Assembly (NCBI RefSeq): GCF_025370785.1
Contig: NZ_JAMXFA010000001.1
Span: 171,902 to 235,901 of the forward strand
DNA length: 64,000 bases
DNA from: Laspinema olomoucense D3b
GTDB lineage: Bacteria; Cyanobacteriota; Cyanobacteriia; Cyanobacteriales; Laspinemataceae
Direction: 5' to 3'
Part shown: positions 1 to 8,030 of the stretch, piece by piece
Layout: every line of letters starts with the position of its first letter
Numbering within the stretch: position 1 is the first letter of the stretch
Translations under genes and position numbers: made by a program
The notes under the pieces: model-generated
What the model was told of the DNA's origin: nothing
Databases searched by the model: none
The model's input: the letters and a program-made list of their open reading frames with translations, nothing else

Positions 1-2
1 GG

Positions 3-2036
3 TTAGGCGGCGGACCTTTCTAGGGAAGCTAGGTTGAGATCGATTTCTTTGATGGTTAGGTTGGTTTTGATTTGAAGTTGTTCTAGGTAGTGGATGGGAT
101 CGTCGGGGTTGAAGATGGCCCCGTCGAAGAGAATGACGGGGTGGCGATCGCGGCCTAGGTCCATCATATTTAACCCCTGGGCGGCTTGGGAGAAGAGGTC
201 TAGGCGACGAACTCGATCAAGGACCTCAATCCAGTTGCGGGGGAAGGGGGTAATGCCCCATCGGGCCATTTGGGTGAGAATCCAGAGGGCTTCGGTGCGA
301 TCGGGACAGTTGGTTTTGTCGAAGAAGAATTGGTGATAACGGGCAATGGGTTCGGGTTTACCAATGCCTTTGTTATAGGCGTCGATGAAGCCCGGACGGG
401 TGTAGATGGGATCGGATCCGATGTACTTGGGACGACAGATGAGGTCTAAAACTTCCTCCCGATGACGCATATCGTCACAGTATTCGCAGGCTTCGAGAAG
501 GGCCTGGATCAGGGCGAGATGGGTGTTGGGGTGGGCTTTAGCCCAGTCTTCCCGCACTCCCAGGACTTTTTCGCAATGACCGGGCCAGATTTCTGGGTCG
601 GTGGCCATAACGAAGCCGATGCCTTCGTGGACGGCGCGGGAGTTCCAGGGTTCGCCGACACAGTAGCCATCGATGTTACCCGCTTTGAGGTTGGGGATCA
701 TTTGCGCGGGGGGGATCATCACTAGGTCCACATCGCGATCGGGGTCGATGTCCGCCGAGGCCAGCCAGTAGCGTAGGATCAGGTTGTGCATGGAGGTCGG
801 ATGCACGACCCCGAGGGTGATTCGTCGGTCGGAATCGCCAGCGATGAAGCCTTTGAGGTCGGCGAGGGTCCGGATGCCCTCGTCGTAGAAGTGACGATGG
901 AAGGTGATGGCGTTGCCGTTGCGCGAGAGGGTCATACCCGTGACCACGGGTAGGGGGGAATGGTCTTGACGACCGAGGGTCATGCCCAGGGGCATTCCGG
1001 CGGTCATTTGGGCAGCGTCGAGGCGTTGTTCTCGAATGCCCGACTCGATCGCGCCCCAACTGGGTTCGCGACTGAGGTTAACTTGGGTTAGGCCATGTTT
1101 TTGGAAGAACCCTAGTTCTTTCGCCACCACGAGGGGGGCACAGTCGGTGAGGGGGATGAAGCCGAGGTTGAGGTTGACTTTTTCTAAGCCTTCTAAGCCG
1201 TTTTCGTGGACTTGGATGAGTTGGGGTTGGGGTTGGGGTTGGCTTTGGCGTTTCTTGGCCCGTCGCTGTTGGTTGAGGAAATAGACGATCTCGTTGCGCA
1301 GACTGTAGTAGTGGGGATCTTTGACGGCGGAGACATGGGTGCGGGGACGGTCTATGGGAACATCGAGAATTTGTCCCACGTAGGAGCCCGGCCCGTTGGT
1401 GAGGAGAACCACGCGATCGCTCAGGAGGAGGGCTTCATCGACATCATGGGTGACCATGATACAGGTGACTTCGCTTTCCTCACAGATATGCATCAGTTGT
1501 TCTTGCAGTCCCCCTCGGGTGAGGGCATCTAGGGCCCCAAAAGGTTCATCCAGGAGGAGGAGTTTAGGGCGGATGGCTAGGGCCCTAGCGATCGCCACCC
1601 GTTGTTTCATACCCCCAGACAGGTGGGCGGGGCGTTTATGGGCCGCATGACGCAGGCCCACTAGGTCGATGTGATGTTCAATGATACCCCGTTGTTCTCC
1701 TTTGGGGCGATCGCCCATAGCGGATTGCACGGCTAGGGCGATGTTTTCCCGCACGGTGAGCCAGGGCAGGAGAGAATAGTTTTGAAAGACCACCATGCGA
1801 TCGGGTCCCGGTTCCGTGACCTGGCGACCTTCCAAGATAATGCCCCCTCGGGTGGGTTGATCCAGCCCTGCAATTAGGTTTAAGAGGGTTGATTTACCAC
1901 AGCCCGAATGACCCACTAAGGAGATAAATTCACCTTTACGAATCTTGAGTTCAATGTTACTCAGAGCAACATAAGTGCCTCCATTGGGGAGATTAAAGAC
2001 TCGTTCGATATGGTCAACTTCAGCAAAAATAGACAT
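3..2036 (-). CDS. nrtC: Nitrate/bicarbonate-type ABC transporter ATP-binding subunit (NrtC/CmpC-type) with a C-terminal NrtA-like solute-binding domain
   Basis: The N-terminus carries an ABC ATPase Walker A motif (GHSGCGKST), the LSGGMKQR signature and a Walker B motif (LLLLDEP). A QPQPQPQ linker encoded by the GGGGTT repeats at 1206-1250 follows. The C-terminal ~400 aa resemble the NrtA/CmpA periplasmic binding fold (compare GFIALTD and CVGEPW in the ORF at 3045-4343 with GFIPLTD and CVGEPW here). The gene order binding protein, permease, ATPase on one strand matches nrtABC. Distinguishing nrtC from cmpC needs homology or context. Confidence 0.75.
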   Translation of the reverse strand: MSIFAEVDHIERVFNLPNGGTYVALSNIELKIRKGEFISLVGHSGCGKSTLLNLIAGLDQPTRGGIILEGRQVTEPGPDRMVVFQNYSLLPWLTVRENIALAVQSAMGDRPKGEQRGIIEHHIDLVGLRHAAHKRPAHLSGGMKQRVAIARALAIRPKLLLLDEPFGALDALTRGGLQEQLMHICEESEVTCIMVTHDVDEALLLSDRVVLLTNGPGSYVGQILDVPIDRPRTHVSAVKDPHYYSLRNEIVYFLNQQRRAKKRQSQPQPQPQLIQVHENGLEGLEKVNLNLGFIPLTDCAPLVVAKELGFFQKHGLTQVNLSREPSWGAIESGIREQRLDAAQMTAGMPLGMTLGRQDHSPLPVVTGMTLSRNGNAITFHRHFYDEGIRTLADLKGFIAGDSDRRITLGVVHPTSMHNLILRYWLASADIDPDRDVDLVMIPPAQMIPNLKAGNIDGYCVGEPWNSRAVHEGIGFVMATDPEIWPGHCEKVLGVREDWAKAHPNTHLALIQALLEACEYCDDMRHREEVLDLICRPKYIGSDPIYTRPGFIDAYNKGIGKPEPIARYHQFFFDKTNCPDRTEALWILTQMARWGITPFPRNWIEVLDRVRRLDLFSQAAQGLNMMDLGRDRHPVILFDGAIFNPDDPIHYLEQLQIKTNLTIKEIDLNLASLERSAA

Positions 2037-2096
2037 GGACGTTAAGCAGGAGTAGAGGACAACAAAAGAAGAAAAGAAGACCCCCCATTACTGAGC

Positions 2097-2933
2097 CTAG
2101 TCTTCAGACACGACCAAACTCGCCAAGAAACTAATCAACTTATCCAGAAGTAGTCCCACAATTCCTACACAAATTACGGCCAGGATAATGTCACTCATGC
2201 GGGAACTATTCCAGGCATCCCAGATAAAGAAGCCAATCCCCACACCGCCAATCAACATTTCTGCTGCAATAATTGCTAGCCAAGATAGACCAATGCCAAT
2301 TTTTAGCCCGGTAAAGATATAGGGAACCGTTGCCGGAAAGAGGATTTTGAAGAAGTAGGTTTTGCGATCGAGTCGTAGCACTCGCGACACATTATTATAA
2401 TCTTGAGGAATTTGCAGCACTCCCTCCGTAGTATTGATAATAATCGGCCAAATTGCTGTAATAAAAATTACAAAAATCGCAGAAGGATTCGCCCGTTCAA
2501 AACCCGCCAGGGAAATCGGCAGCCAAGCCAACGGGGGAATGGTTCTCAGGATTTGAAAAATGGGGTCTAATGCCCGATACATCAATCGGTTTGTCCCCAC
2601 TAAAATTCCTAAAGAAACCCCTACAATGACCGCCAGGGAGAATCCTAATGCAACCCGTTGTAAACTGGTCAAAATTTGCCAAAATAGACCTTTGTCGATT
2701 CCACCATGATCAAAGAACGGGTTAATAATCAATTCCCAGGTTTCTGAGACCGTGCGAATCGGACCAGGCAGAGTCGAATCCGAAACCGATGTAAACGCCT
2801 GCCAAATGACTAGAAAAATCAGAATAGCAACCGTAGAAGGGATAAGCTCTTTCCCCTTCTTGAGAGCGGCTTTAAACCACTGTTGGGGTATAAATCGGAA
2901 CTTTTTGCGTCGGGGATAGGTTGGTGAAGTCAT
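2097..2933 (-). CDS. nrtB: ABC transporter permease (NrtB/CmpB-type)
   Basis: 278 aa multi-TM protein whose conserved loop (sequence IxxRxLDPxxQILRTIPPLAWLP) is typical of NrtB/SsuC/TauC-type permeases. It sits between the binding-protein and ATPase genes. Confidence 0.75.
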   Translation of the reverse strand: MTSPTYPRRKKFRFIPQQWFKAALKKGKELIPSTVAILIFLVIWQAFTSVSDSTLPGPIRTVSETWELIINPFFDHGGIDKGLFWQILTSLQRVALGFSLAVIVGVSLGILVGTNRLMYRALDPIFQILRTIPPLAWLPISLAGFERANPSAIFVIFITAIWPIIINTTEGVLQIPQDYNNVSRVLRLDRKTYFFKILFPATVPYIFTGLKIGIGLSWLAIIAAEMLIGGVGIGFFIWDAWNSSRMSDIILAVICVGIVGLLLDKLISFLASLVVSED

Positions 2934-2944
2934 GGTTTTTATGG

Positions 2945-3019
2945 GGGAGAAGGGAATAGGGAAGATGGGGGAGATGGGGAAGATGGGGAAGATGGGGAAG
3001 ATGGGGAAGATGGGGAAGT
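2945..3019. repeat. Tandem repeat (GGGGAAGAT)n, about 7 units, in the nrtA-nrtB intergenic spacer
   Basis: Direct reading gives ...gaagatgggggagatggggaagatggggaagatggggaagatggggaagatggggaagtg. It lies between the nrtA stop and the nrtB start, so it is transcribed as a C/U-rich tract within the polycistronic mRNA. Confidence 0.9.
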
Positions 3020-3044
3020 GGCGCGCCCTCTTGTGGGGCTGAAC

Positions 3045-4343
3045 CTAAATTCGGGTAATTTCTAAACTCTTGAGGTAATCTAGGGGTTTTTCTGGGTCAA
3101 AGACTTTGCCATCAAAGAAGGTTTCAGGTCCACGGGAAGAACTTTTAGGAATCATGCTTCCCTGACCAATAGCATCTGCCGCTTCTTGCCAGAGGTCGTC
3201 CCGATTGACTCGGTTCACCATGCCCTGAATATCTGCATCTGGTGGGAGATAACCCCACCGGATATTTTCCGTGAGGAACCAGAGTTCATGACTCTTGAAG
3301 GGATAGGAGGCATTATCCAGCCAATATTTCTGCATCAACTGCGGCTGTTCTTTCGGCTCACGGATGCCATCGTTGTAGATGCCCCGAGAGCGATCGATAA
3401 TGTCCTCAAAGGGGACATTAAACCAAGACCTGCGGGAGAGAATCTGACACATCTCCTCCACATTCTCCGGTTGGCTACACCAGATTTGTGCCTCTAGGGT
3501 TGCCATCAAAAGGGCCCGGGCCGCTTTGGGATTTTGGTCAACCCAATCTGCCCGCATTCCGAAAGACTTCTCGGGATGGTCTTGCCAGAGTTGCCCTGTG
3601 GTTAAGGCGTTGTAGCCAATCTCTTGGTTCACCAATTGTAGGGGCCAGGGTTCCCCGACACAGAAAGCATCCATGTTGCCAACCCGCATATTGGCTACCA
3701 TCTGCGGGGGTGGGACGACAATCGTTGAGATCTCTTTGTCTGGGTCAATGCCTCCCGCTGCTAGCCAGTAGCGAATCCAGCAGTCATGGGTTCCCCCGGG
3801 AAAGGTCATGGCGGCCCGTAAGTCTGCACCGGCGGCCCGTCGTTCAGCAAATCGTTCTTTGAGGGGGCTACTGTCCACTCCCACCTCTAAATCGAGGTAG
3901 TCCTTGGAGAGACAAATCCCCTGACCGTTCACATTCAGACGCGCCAAAATATACATCGGCACCGGACGTCCATCGGTGACAATTCCTTCCGATAATAGGT
4001 AAGGCATGGGGGTGAGAATGTGGGCACCATCAATGCCTCCGCCCTTAGAACCGAGGACTAAATTGTCACGGGTTGTTCCCCAGGAGGCTTGTTTTTCAAG
4101 GGAGACCTCTGTCATCCCATACTTAGTAAAAAAGCCTTTTTCCTTGGCAATAATTAGGGGGGCGGAGTCCGTTAGGGCAATAAATCCTAGTCGTACTGTT
4201 GGGGTTTCTGGGGCATCAGCGGGGTCAATTTCAACCTCAACTTGGGCTTGGTCATTATTCTGTCCGCAGCTATGCAGGAACAAAGTTCCCGCCGTTGCTG
4301 CAACGGCTGTAATCAGGAATTGGCGACGGTTAAATCGGGGCAT
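3045..4343 (-). CDS. nrtA: Nitrate/bicarbonate ABC transporter substrate-binding lipoprotein (NrtA/CmpA-type)
   Basis: 432 aa protein with an N-terminal twin-arginine signal (RRQFLITAVAATAG) and a lipobox Cys (LHSCG). It matches the NrtA/CmpA family and is the first gene of the minus-strand operon. Confidence 0.7.
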   Translation of the reverse strand: MPRFNRRQFLITAVAATAGTLFLHSCGQNNDQAQVEVEIDPADAPETPTVRLGFIALTDSAPLIIAKEKGFFTKYGMTEVSLEKQASWGTTRDNLVLGSKGGGIDGAHILTPMPYLLSEGIVTDGRPVPMYILARLNVNGQGICLSKDYLDLEVGVDSSPLKERFAERRAAGADLRAAMTFPGGTHDCWIRYWLAAGGIDPDKEISTIVVPPPQMVANMRVGNMDAFCVGEPWPLQLVNQEIGYNALTTGQLWQDHPEKSFGMRADWVDQNPKAARALLMATLEAQIWCSQPENVEEMCQILSRRSWFNVPFEDIIDRSRGIYNDGIREPKEQPQLMQKYWLDNASYPFKSHELWFLTENIRWGYLPPDADIQGMVNRVNRDDLWQEAADAIGQGSMIPKSSSRGPETFFDGKVFDPEKPLDYLKSLEITRI

Positions 4344-4465
4344 TTTTTAGTTAGGAATTAACAGTGGGGTTTGAGTATTTAATTGCGGGGGATAAGTGGT
4401 GAGAGAGAGCAGAGGGTTTGTTTGACGTTGTGCACACAAGTTAAGGAATATGACAAGGGGTTTAT

Positions 4466-4479
4466 GTATCGGAAATTAC
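4466..4479. promoter_or_regulatory. Candidate NtcA binding site (GTA-N8-TAC) upstream of nrtA
   Basis: The sequence gtatcggaaattac matches the palindromic NtcA consensus GTAN8TAC. It lies about 125 bp upstream of the nrtA start codon (4343, minus strand). A TAN3T-like -10 candidate sits about 22 bp further towards the gene. Confidence 0.5.
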
Positions 4480-4509
4480 AATTTTTAGACTTTTTTTTGA
4501 TTTATGCAT

Positions 4510-5028
4510 TTAAGTCATGCGTAACTTGCATCTGTGTGAAAAGGATGCATTAAATAGTAGAAAAAAAGTAGCCATTGATACGATTAGCCCAAGAGGGCGA
4601 CCACAAGGGGACATCTCTCCCCCCTCTTGCCTTCTGTGATGTCCTAACACATAAATTTCAGCCTCGGGAATATGACTCACCCGATGCAGTTGAGCAATCA
4701 GCGCTAACTCTAAAAATTCCGTCAAATCACTGATTAAATTATTTAAACAGCAGGATTTAAAAGGGGTTGGGGATGAATTTTGCTTTAAACTGGTTAACTA
4801 GAGTAAATCAGAAATTAGATGACTCAAGCGACGTCCCTGCCTCTCCACGGTTTGCAGCAGCAGGAGAATGTCCCACTGATTTGAGGGGGGTAATCGTAAA
4901 ATTATCTCTACCGTCGCTAACAGACTTGCTAGAGGCGATCGCAATTCATAGGCAGCATTTGCCGTAAACTTTTGCTGTTGCGGATACGACTGGGAAATTG
5001 GCTGCATATAGCAGTCCTGATACTCCAT
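4510..5028 (-). pseudogene. Decayed histidine kinase remnant (HisKA fragment with in-frame stop)
   Basis: ORF 4798-5028 encodes a phospho-acceptor-like H-box variant, AAYELRSPLASLLATVEIIL...RLSHLISDLL (Tyr in place of the usual His). It ends at a TAG at 4798-4800. ORF 4510-4725 continues in the same frame but lacks a recognisable HATPase domain. Both the N-terminal sensor and the C-terminal catalytic domain are absent. The 5' end abuts MITE copy A at 5021-5143. Confidence 0.5.
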
Positions 5029-5143
5029 TCGGTTGTTAAAGGTCTATAAAAACCCATACCCTCAAGGGTGGAGCCTCACAGGACCGAGCCTCTCCTGCGC
5101 GGGCTAAAAGCGAAAACCGACTTTTACCAACCGGATTTGGTAT
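5021..5143. repeat. MITE-like dispersed repeat, copy A
   Basis: Left end atactccattcggtt, core gtctataaaaaccc...ccctcaagggtgg, hairpin ctgcgcgggct, right end aaccggatttggtat. It shares all modules with the copies at 7765, 11273, 44806 and 46230. Confidence 0.75.
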
Positions 5144-5251
5144 GACGTGCCGTTGTGGAAGACGTCGGCGGCCCCTTTCTCGTTGGCGGCCCAGAAGGGG
5201 AGAGGGGACTGGGATGAGGTACAAATCATTTAGGATTGCTATCTATCTCCC

Positions 5252-6067
5252 CTATCTCGCTTGGCGGTCTCGATTGGCGGTCTCGATTGGCGGTCTCGAT
5301 TGGCGGTCTCGATTGGCGGTCTCCCCTATCTCGATTGGCGGTCTCCCCCCCGATTCCAAGGCGTCCAAGGCTTCTAATCCCATCAATTGCAATAGGGTTT
5401 CCCATTCTTCTTGATTAGATGGATCATCAAGAGGGAGTTGACTCAGGTCGGCTAAGCTGCTGAAGGCATCCATCCATAGTCCCGCTTCCGCATAAATTTG
5501 AGGATGACTGCTGGGGAAGGCAGTTTGTAACTGAGTTGCCAGATTACCGGAGAGGGGGAGGCGCTGAACTGTTCCACTCAGGGTTAAATTCTGGGACACA
5601 AAGGCCGGATTACAAATAATTGAAAATGACCAGCTATAGATTTTTTGAATTTCCAGGGGTTCTAGGTTGATAAAAAGGGGGAGTTGTAGGCGAATTATCC
5701 CGGGATTTCCGCTTAGGGCAAATCGCAGCTTATAAAGGACGAGATCACTCTCATTTGATAAGATAAATTCAGCATTTTGAGCCGAAGTTTCGGGGAGGTA
5801 AAAGAAGAAAGAGGGAAGTCCTTTTAGGGTTGAAATCTGATTCTGATTGGGGGGTAGTAATGCCCTGAATGAGGTATCCGTTGCGATCGCCTCGGGGTTA
5901 CAGCTATTCATTTCTGCCTCTGGGGGACTTTGAGTAACCCTTTGGGGGAAAATCCATCCACGCGATTCGGTGGCGATCGCTGGGGTGGCCAATTGAGAAG
6001 CCCCTAAGATTAAAAACGACACCAGATAAGTCACCCCGATCATTCTGCAAAGCGGTGTCTGCAACAT
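5252..6067 (-). CDS. Secreted hypothetical protein (possibly DUF928-like cyanobacterial family)
   Basis: 271 aa ORF with an N-terminal signal peptide (VSFLILGASQLATPAIA). It is Pro/Gln-rich with a conserved-looking IICNP segment. The C-terminal tail is encoded by the tandem 13-mer, so the true stop may lie earlier. Confidence 0.5.
   Translation of the reverse strand: MLQTPLCRMIGVTYLVSFLILGASQLATPAIATESRGWIFPQRVTQSPPEAEMNSCNPEAIATDTSFRALLPPNQNQISTLKGLPSFFFYLPETSAQNAEFILSNESDLVLYKLRFALSGNPGIIRLQLPLFINLEPLEIQKIYSWSFSIICNPAFVSQNLTLSGTVQRLPLSGNLATQLQTAFPSSHPQIYAEAGLWMDAFSSLADLSQLPLDDPSNQEEWETLLQLMGLEALDALESGGRPPIEIGETANRDRQSRPPIETANRDRQAR
5257..5352. repeat. Tandem 13-nt repeat (TTGGCGGTCTCGA)n, about 6 units
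   Basis: The tract reads ttggcggtctcgattggcggtctcgattggcggtctcgattggcggtctcgattggcggtctcccctatctcgattggcggtctccc. It overlaps the 3' end of the minus-strand ORF 5252-6067. Because 3 x 13 = 39 nt, it yields a 13-aa periodic C-terminal tail (ETANRDRQSRPPI). Confidence 0.9.
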
Positions 6068-6469
6068 AGTGGTTATGTAAGATAAAGCGGTACTACAACG
6101 GTAAATTGATTTATTTTAAGCCTTCAGTCGGATGACATGGAGCTGCCCCCCGGCTCAGACTATAACGGATTCTCGTTAAATTGGGAGTCCTCCTCTATAG
6201 TGTAGCAACATATAAGGTGGGGAGATTGAACCGTTTTTCGCTGAACCTTGTCAAAACTATAAGGAGTCCGTCATCCTTGTCGAAAGAGTAGATTTTTATC
6301 CATCTCCTTAATCCTTAAAATAGTGGAATTAACTTCTGCTTAAACAATTACGGTCTGCTAAGCGCTCATTATGCTGTCTCAATCTCCCCCCTCCATTCGC
6401 CAAGGGTCCCAGCAGCAGCGGGATAGTCCAATTCCCCATGACCCCCGATGCCGATGGCTGGGGAACTCC

Positions 6470-7726
6470 ATGAAAACCGGGCGGTTGTTCTTCTGCATGG
6501 CGATCGCGGTGGGATTATTCGGGTGTCCCAGTATTTTTAACCGAGAGGCGGAAGGTCAACCCGCCACCCCGGGTGGGTCCAGAGAACGACAACGGGGACC
6601 CAGTACCCCCAGCGTCGAGGTGGCAGTCGCCCGCACAGAGACCTTAGGCGAACCTCTAGTTTATAGCGGCAATACAGAACCCTTTCGAGAGGTTTCTGTG
6701 CGCGCCCAAACCGAAGGACGCTTACTGGATATGACCGTAGACCTAGGCGATCGCGTTGAGGAAGGAGAAATCCTCGCCCAACTCGATGGCACTCTCCTAG
6801 AAATCTCCCTTGGAGAAGCCGAAGCCGAATTAGCCGCACGGGAATCCGATGTGGTCCGCGCCCGCAATGAGGTCAGAAATGCCCAAATTCAGGTAGATCA
6901 AGCCCTGGTGGAACTCCAACAAGCTCAAAAAGATGCAGAACGGTTCCTCAATTTAGCCGCTGAAGGGGCCGTTTCTCGTCAACAGGGAGAACTCGCCCAA
7001 ACCGCAGCCGAAGTGGCAGCGCAAACCGTGCGATCGGCCCGAGAACAGATTCTGATTGAACAAGAATCGGTGCGTAGCGCTGAACAACTGGTGAAGGCCC
7101 AACGGTCGGTAGTGGCCCAAGCCCGGGAACGTCGGTCTTATGCCTTTATCCGGTCTCCCATTACCGGCGTTGTGCTCGATCGCCTGACGGAACCGGGAAA
7201 TCTAGTGCAACCGGGGGGGGATGTTTTAAAACTTGGCGATTTTAGTCAGGTTAAGGCGATCGTTCCCGTGGCGGAACTGGCCTTAGCTGAGATTCGCGTA
7301 GGACAAGCCGTTACCGTTAGTTTAGATGCCTTGGGCGGGGAAGTGCTTGAAGGTCGAGTTAGCCGCATTTCTCCTGTCTCGAATGTGGAAACGCGCCAAA
7401 TTCCGGTAGAGGTAACGATTCCTAACCCCGATGGTCGGATTGGGAGTGGGTTGCTTGCCAGGGTGACCTTTGACACCCAAACTACGGAACGAGTTGTTAT
7501 CCCAGAAAACGCTTTACAAGGGGAAGATAAAAACACCGTGTTTGTGCTTCAGGAGGGAGAGGGGACCCCCACAGTGGAAGCACGAACGGTCCAAATTGGG
7601 GAACGCCTGAATAATCAAGTGGAAATTCTCTCGGGACTTGGACCGGGCGAACGTTATGTGACCCGCAGCAGTCGCCCCCTGTCCAGCGGGGATGAGGTGC
7701 GCTTGAGTGCCTTGTCAGAATCATAA
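6470..7726 (+). CDS. Efflux RND transporter periplasmic adaptor (membrane fusion protein, HlyD family) lipoprotein
   Basis: Coiled-coil rich, with C-terminal beta-barrel motifs of HlyD/AcrA-type adaptors. The likely true start is at 6470 (MKTGRLFFCMAIAVGLFGC, with lipobox LFGC). The listed ORF start at 6371 is probably over-extended. It is followed by an RND pump gene. Confidence 0.8.
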   Translation: MKTGRLFFCMAIAVGLFGCPSIFNREAEGQPATPGGSRERQRGPSTPSVEVAVARTETLGEPLVYSGNTEPFREVSVRAQTEGRLLDMTVDLGDRVEEGEILAQLDGTLLEISLGEAEAELAARESDVVRARNEVRNAQIQVDQALVELQQAQKDAERFLNLAAEGAVSRQQGELAQTAAEVAAQTVRSAREQILIEQESVRSAEQLVKAQRSVVAQARERRSYAFIRSPITGVVLDRLTEPGNLVQPGGDVLKLGDFSQVKAIVPVAELALAEIRVGQAVTVSLDALGGEVLEGRVSRISPVSNVETRQIPVEVTIPNPDGRIGSGLLARVTFDTQTTERVVIPENALQGEDKNTVFVLQEGEGTPTVEARTVQIGERLNNQVEILSGLGPGERYVTRSSRPLSSGDEVRLSALSES

Positions 7727-7764
7727 TTGGGGCTTTGGTTTCCTCATAATGCTGGGGAATTGAG

Positions 7765-7917
7765 GCGGAATTTGGTTTTGAAAGTCTATAAAAACCCGCA
7801 AAAAACCCGCAGGCTGTTCGCGTAGCGTTCCGTAAGGAAAGCCCGGAGGCTACACAGACGAAGCCCGCCTACGCGGGCTAAGAAAGAAAACTGACTTTTT
7901 GCAACGGGATTGGGTAT
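7765..7917. repeat. MITE-like dispersed repeat, copy B (with internal insertion)
   Basis: Left end ggcggaatttggtttt, core gtctataaaaacccgcaaaaaacccgcagg, hairpin aagcccgcctacgcgggct, right end aacgggattgggtat. Confidence 0.7.
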
Positions 7918-8030
7918 GAGGCGATCGCCTGGAATTTGCTGCCATCAGGATTCATCCTACTTTTAAATCATCAATTGTCCGTGAATCCCTCCCCCACGGG
8001 CTAAATGTCCACCGTTAGAACCCGCAATAT

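Noticed and set aside
1206-1250. GGGGTT tandem repeat (ggggttggggttggggttgggg) that looked like a microsatellite or G-quadruplex element
   Set aside because: It lies inside the nrtC coding sequence in frame. On the coding (minus) strand it encodes the QPQPQPQ linker between the ATPase and the fused solute-binding domain. It is a coding low-complexity linker, not an independent element.
94-1650. Multiple 80-130 aa ORFs on the plus strand (94-336, 462-725, 982-1284, 1206-1532, 1396-1650) and similar antisense ORFs inside other large genes (for example 3186-3862, 6537-6867, 8591-9553, 56102-61459)
   Set aside because: They fall entirely inside long, well-supported genes on the opposite strand. 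They have Arg/Pro/Ser-rich compositions typical of antisense frames in GC-rich coding DNA and show no domain signatures. They are treated as spurious.
2945-5352. Tandem repeat tracts considered as possible CRISPR arrays
   Set aside because: The units are 9 and 13 nt with no intervening unique spacers and no cas genes nearby. They are simple tandem repeats, not CRISPR.
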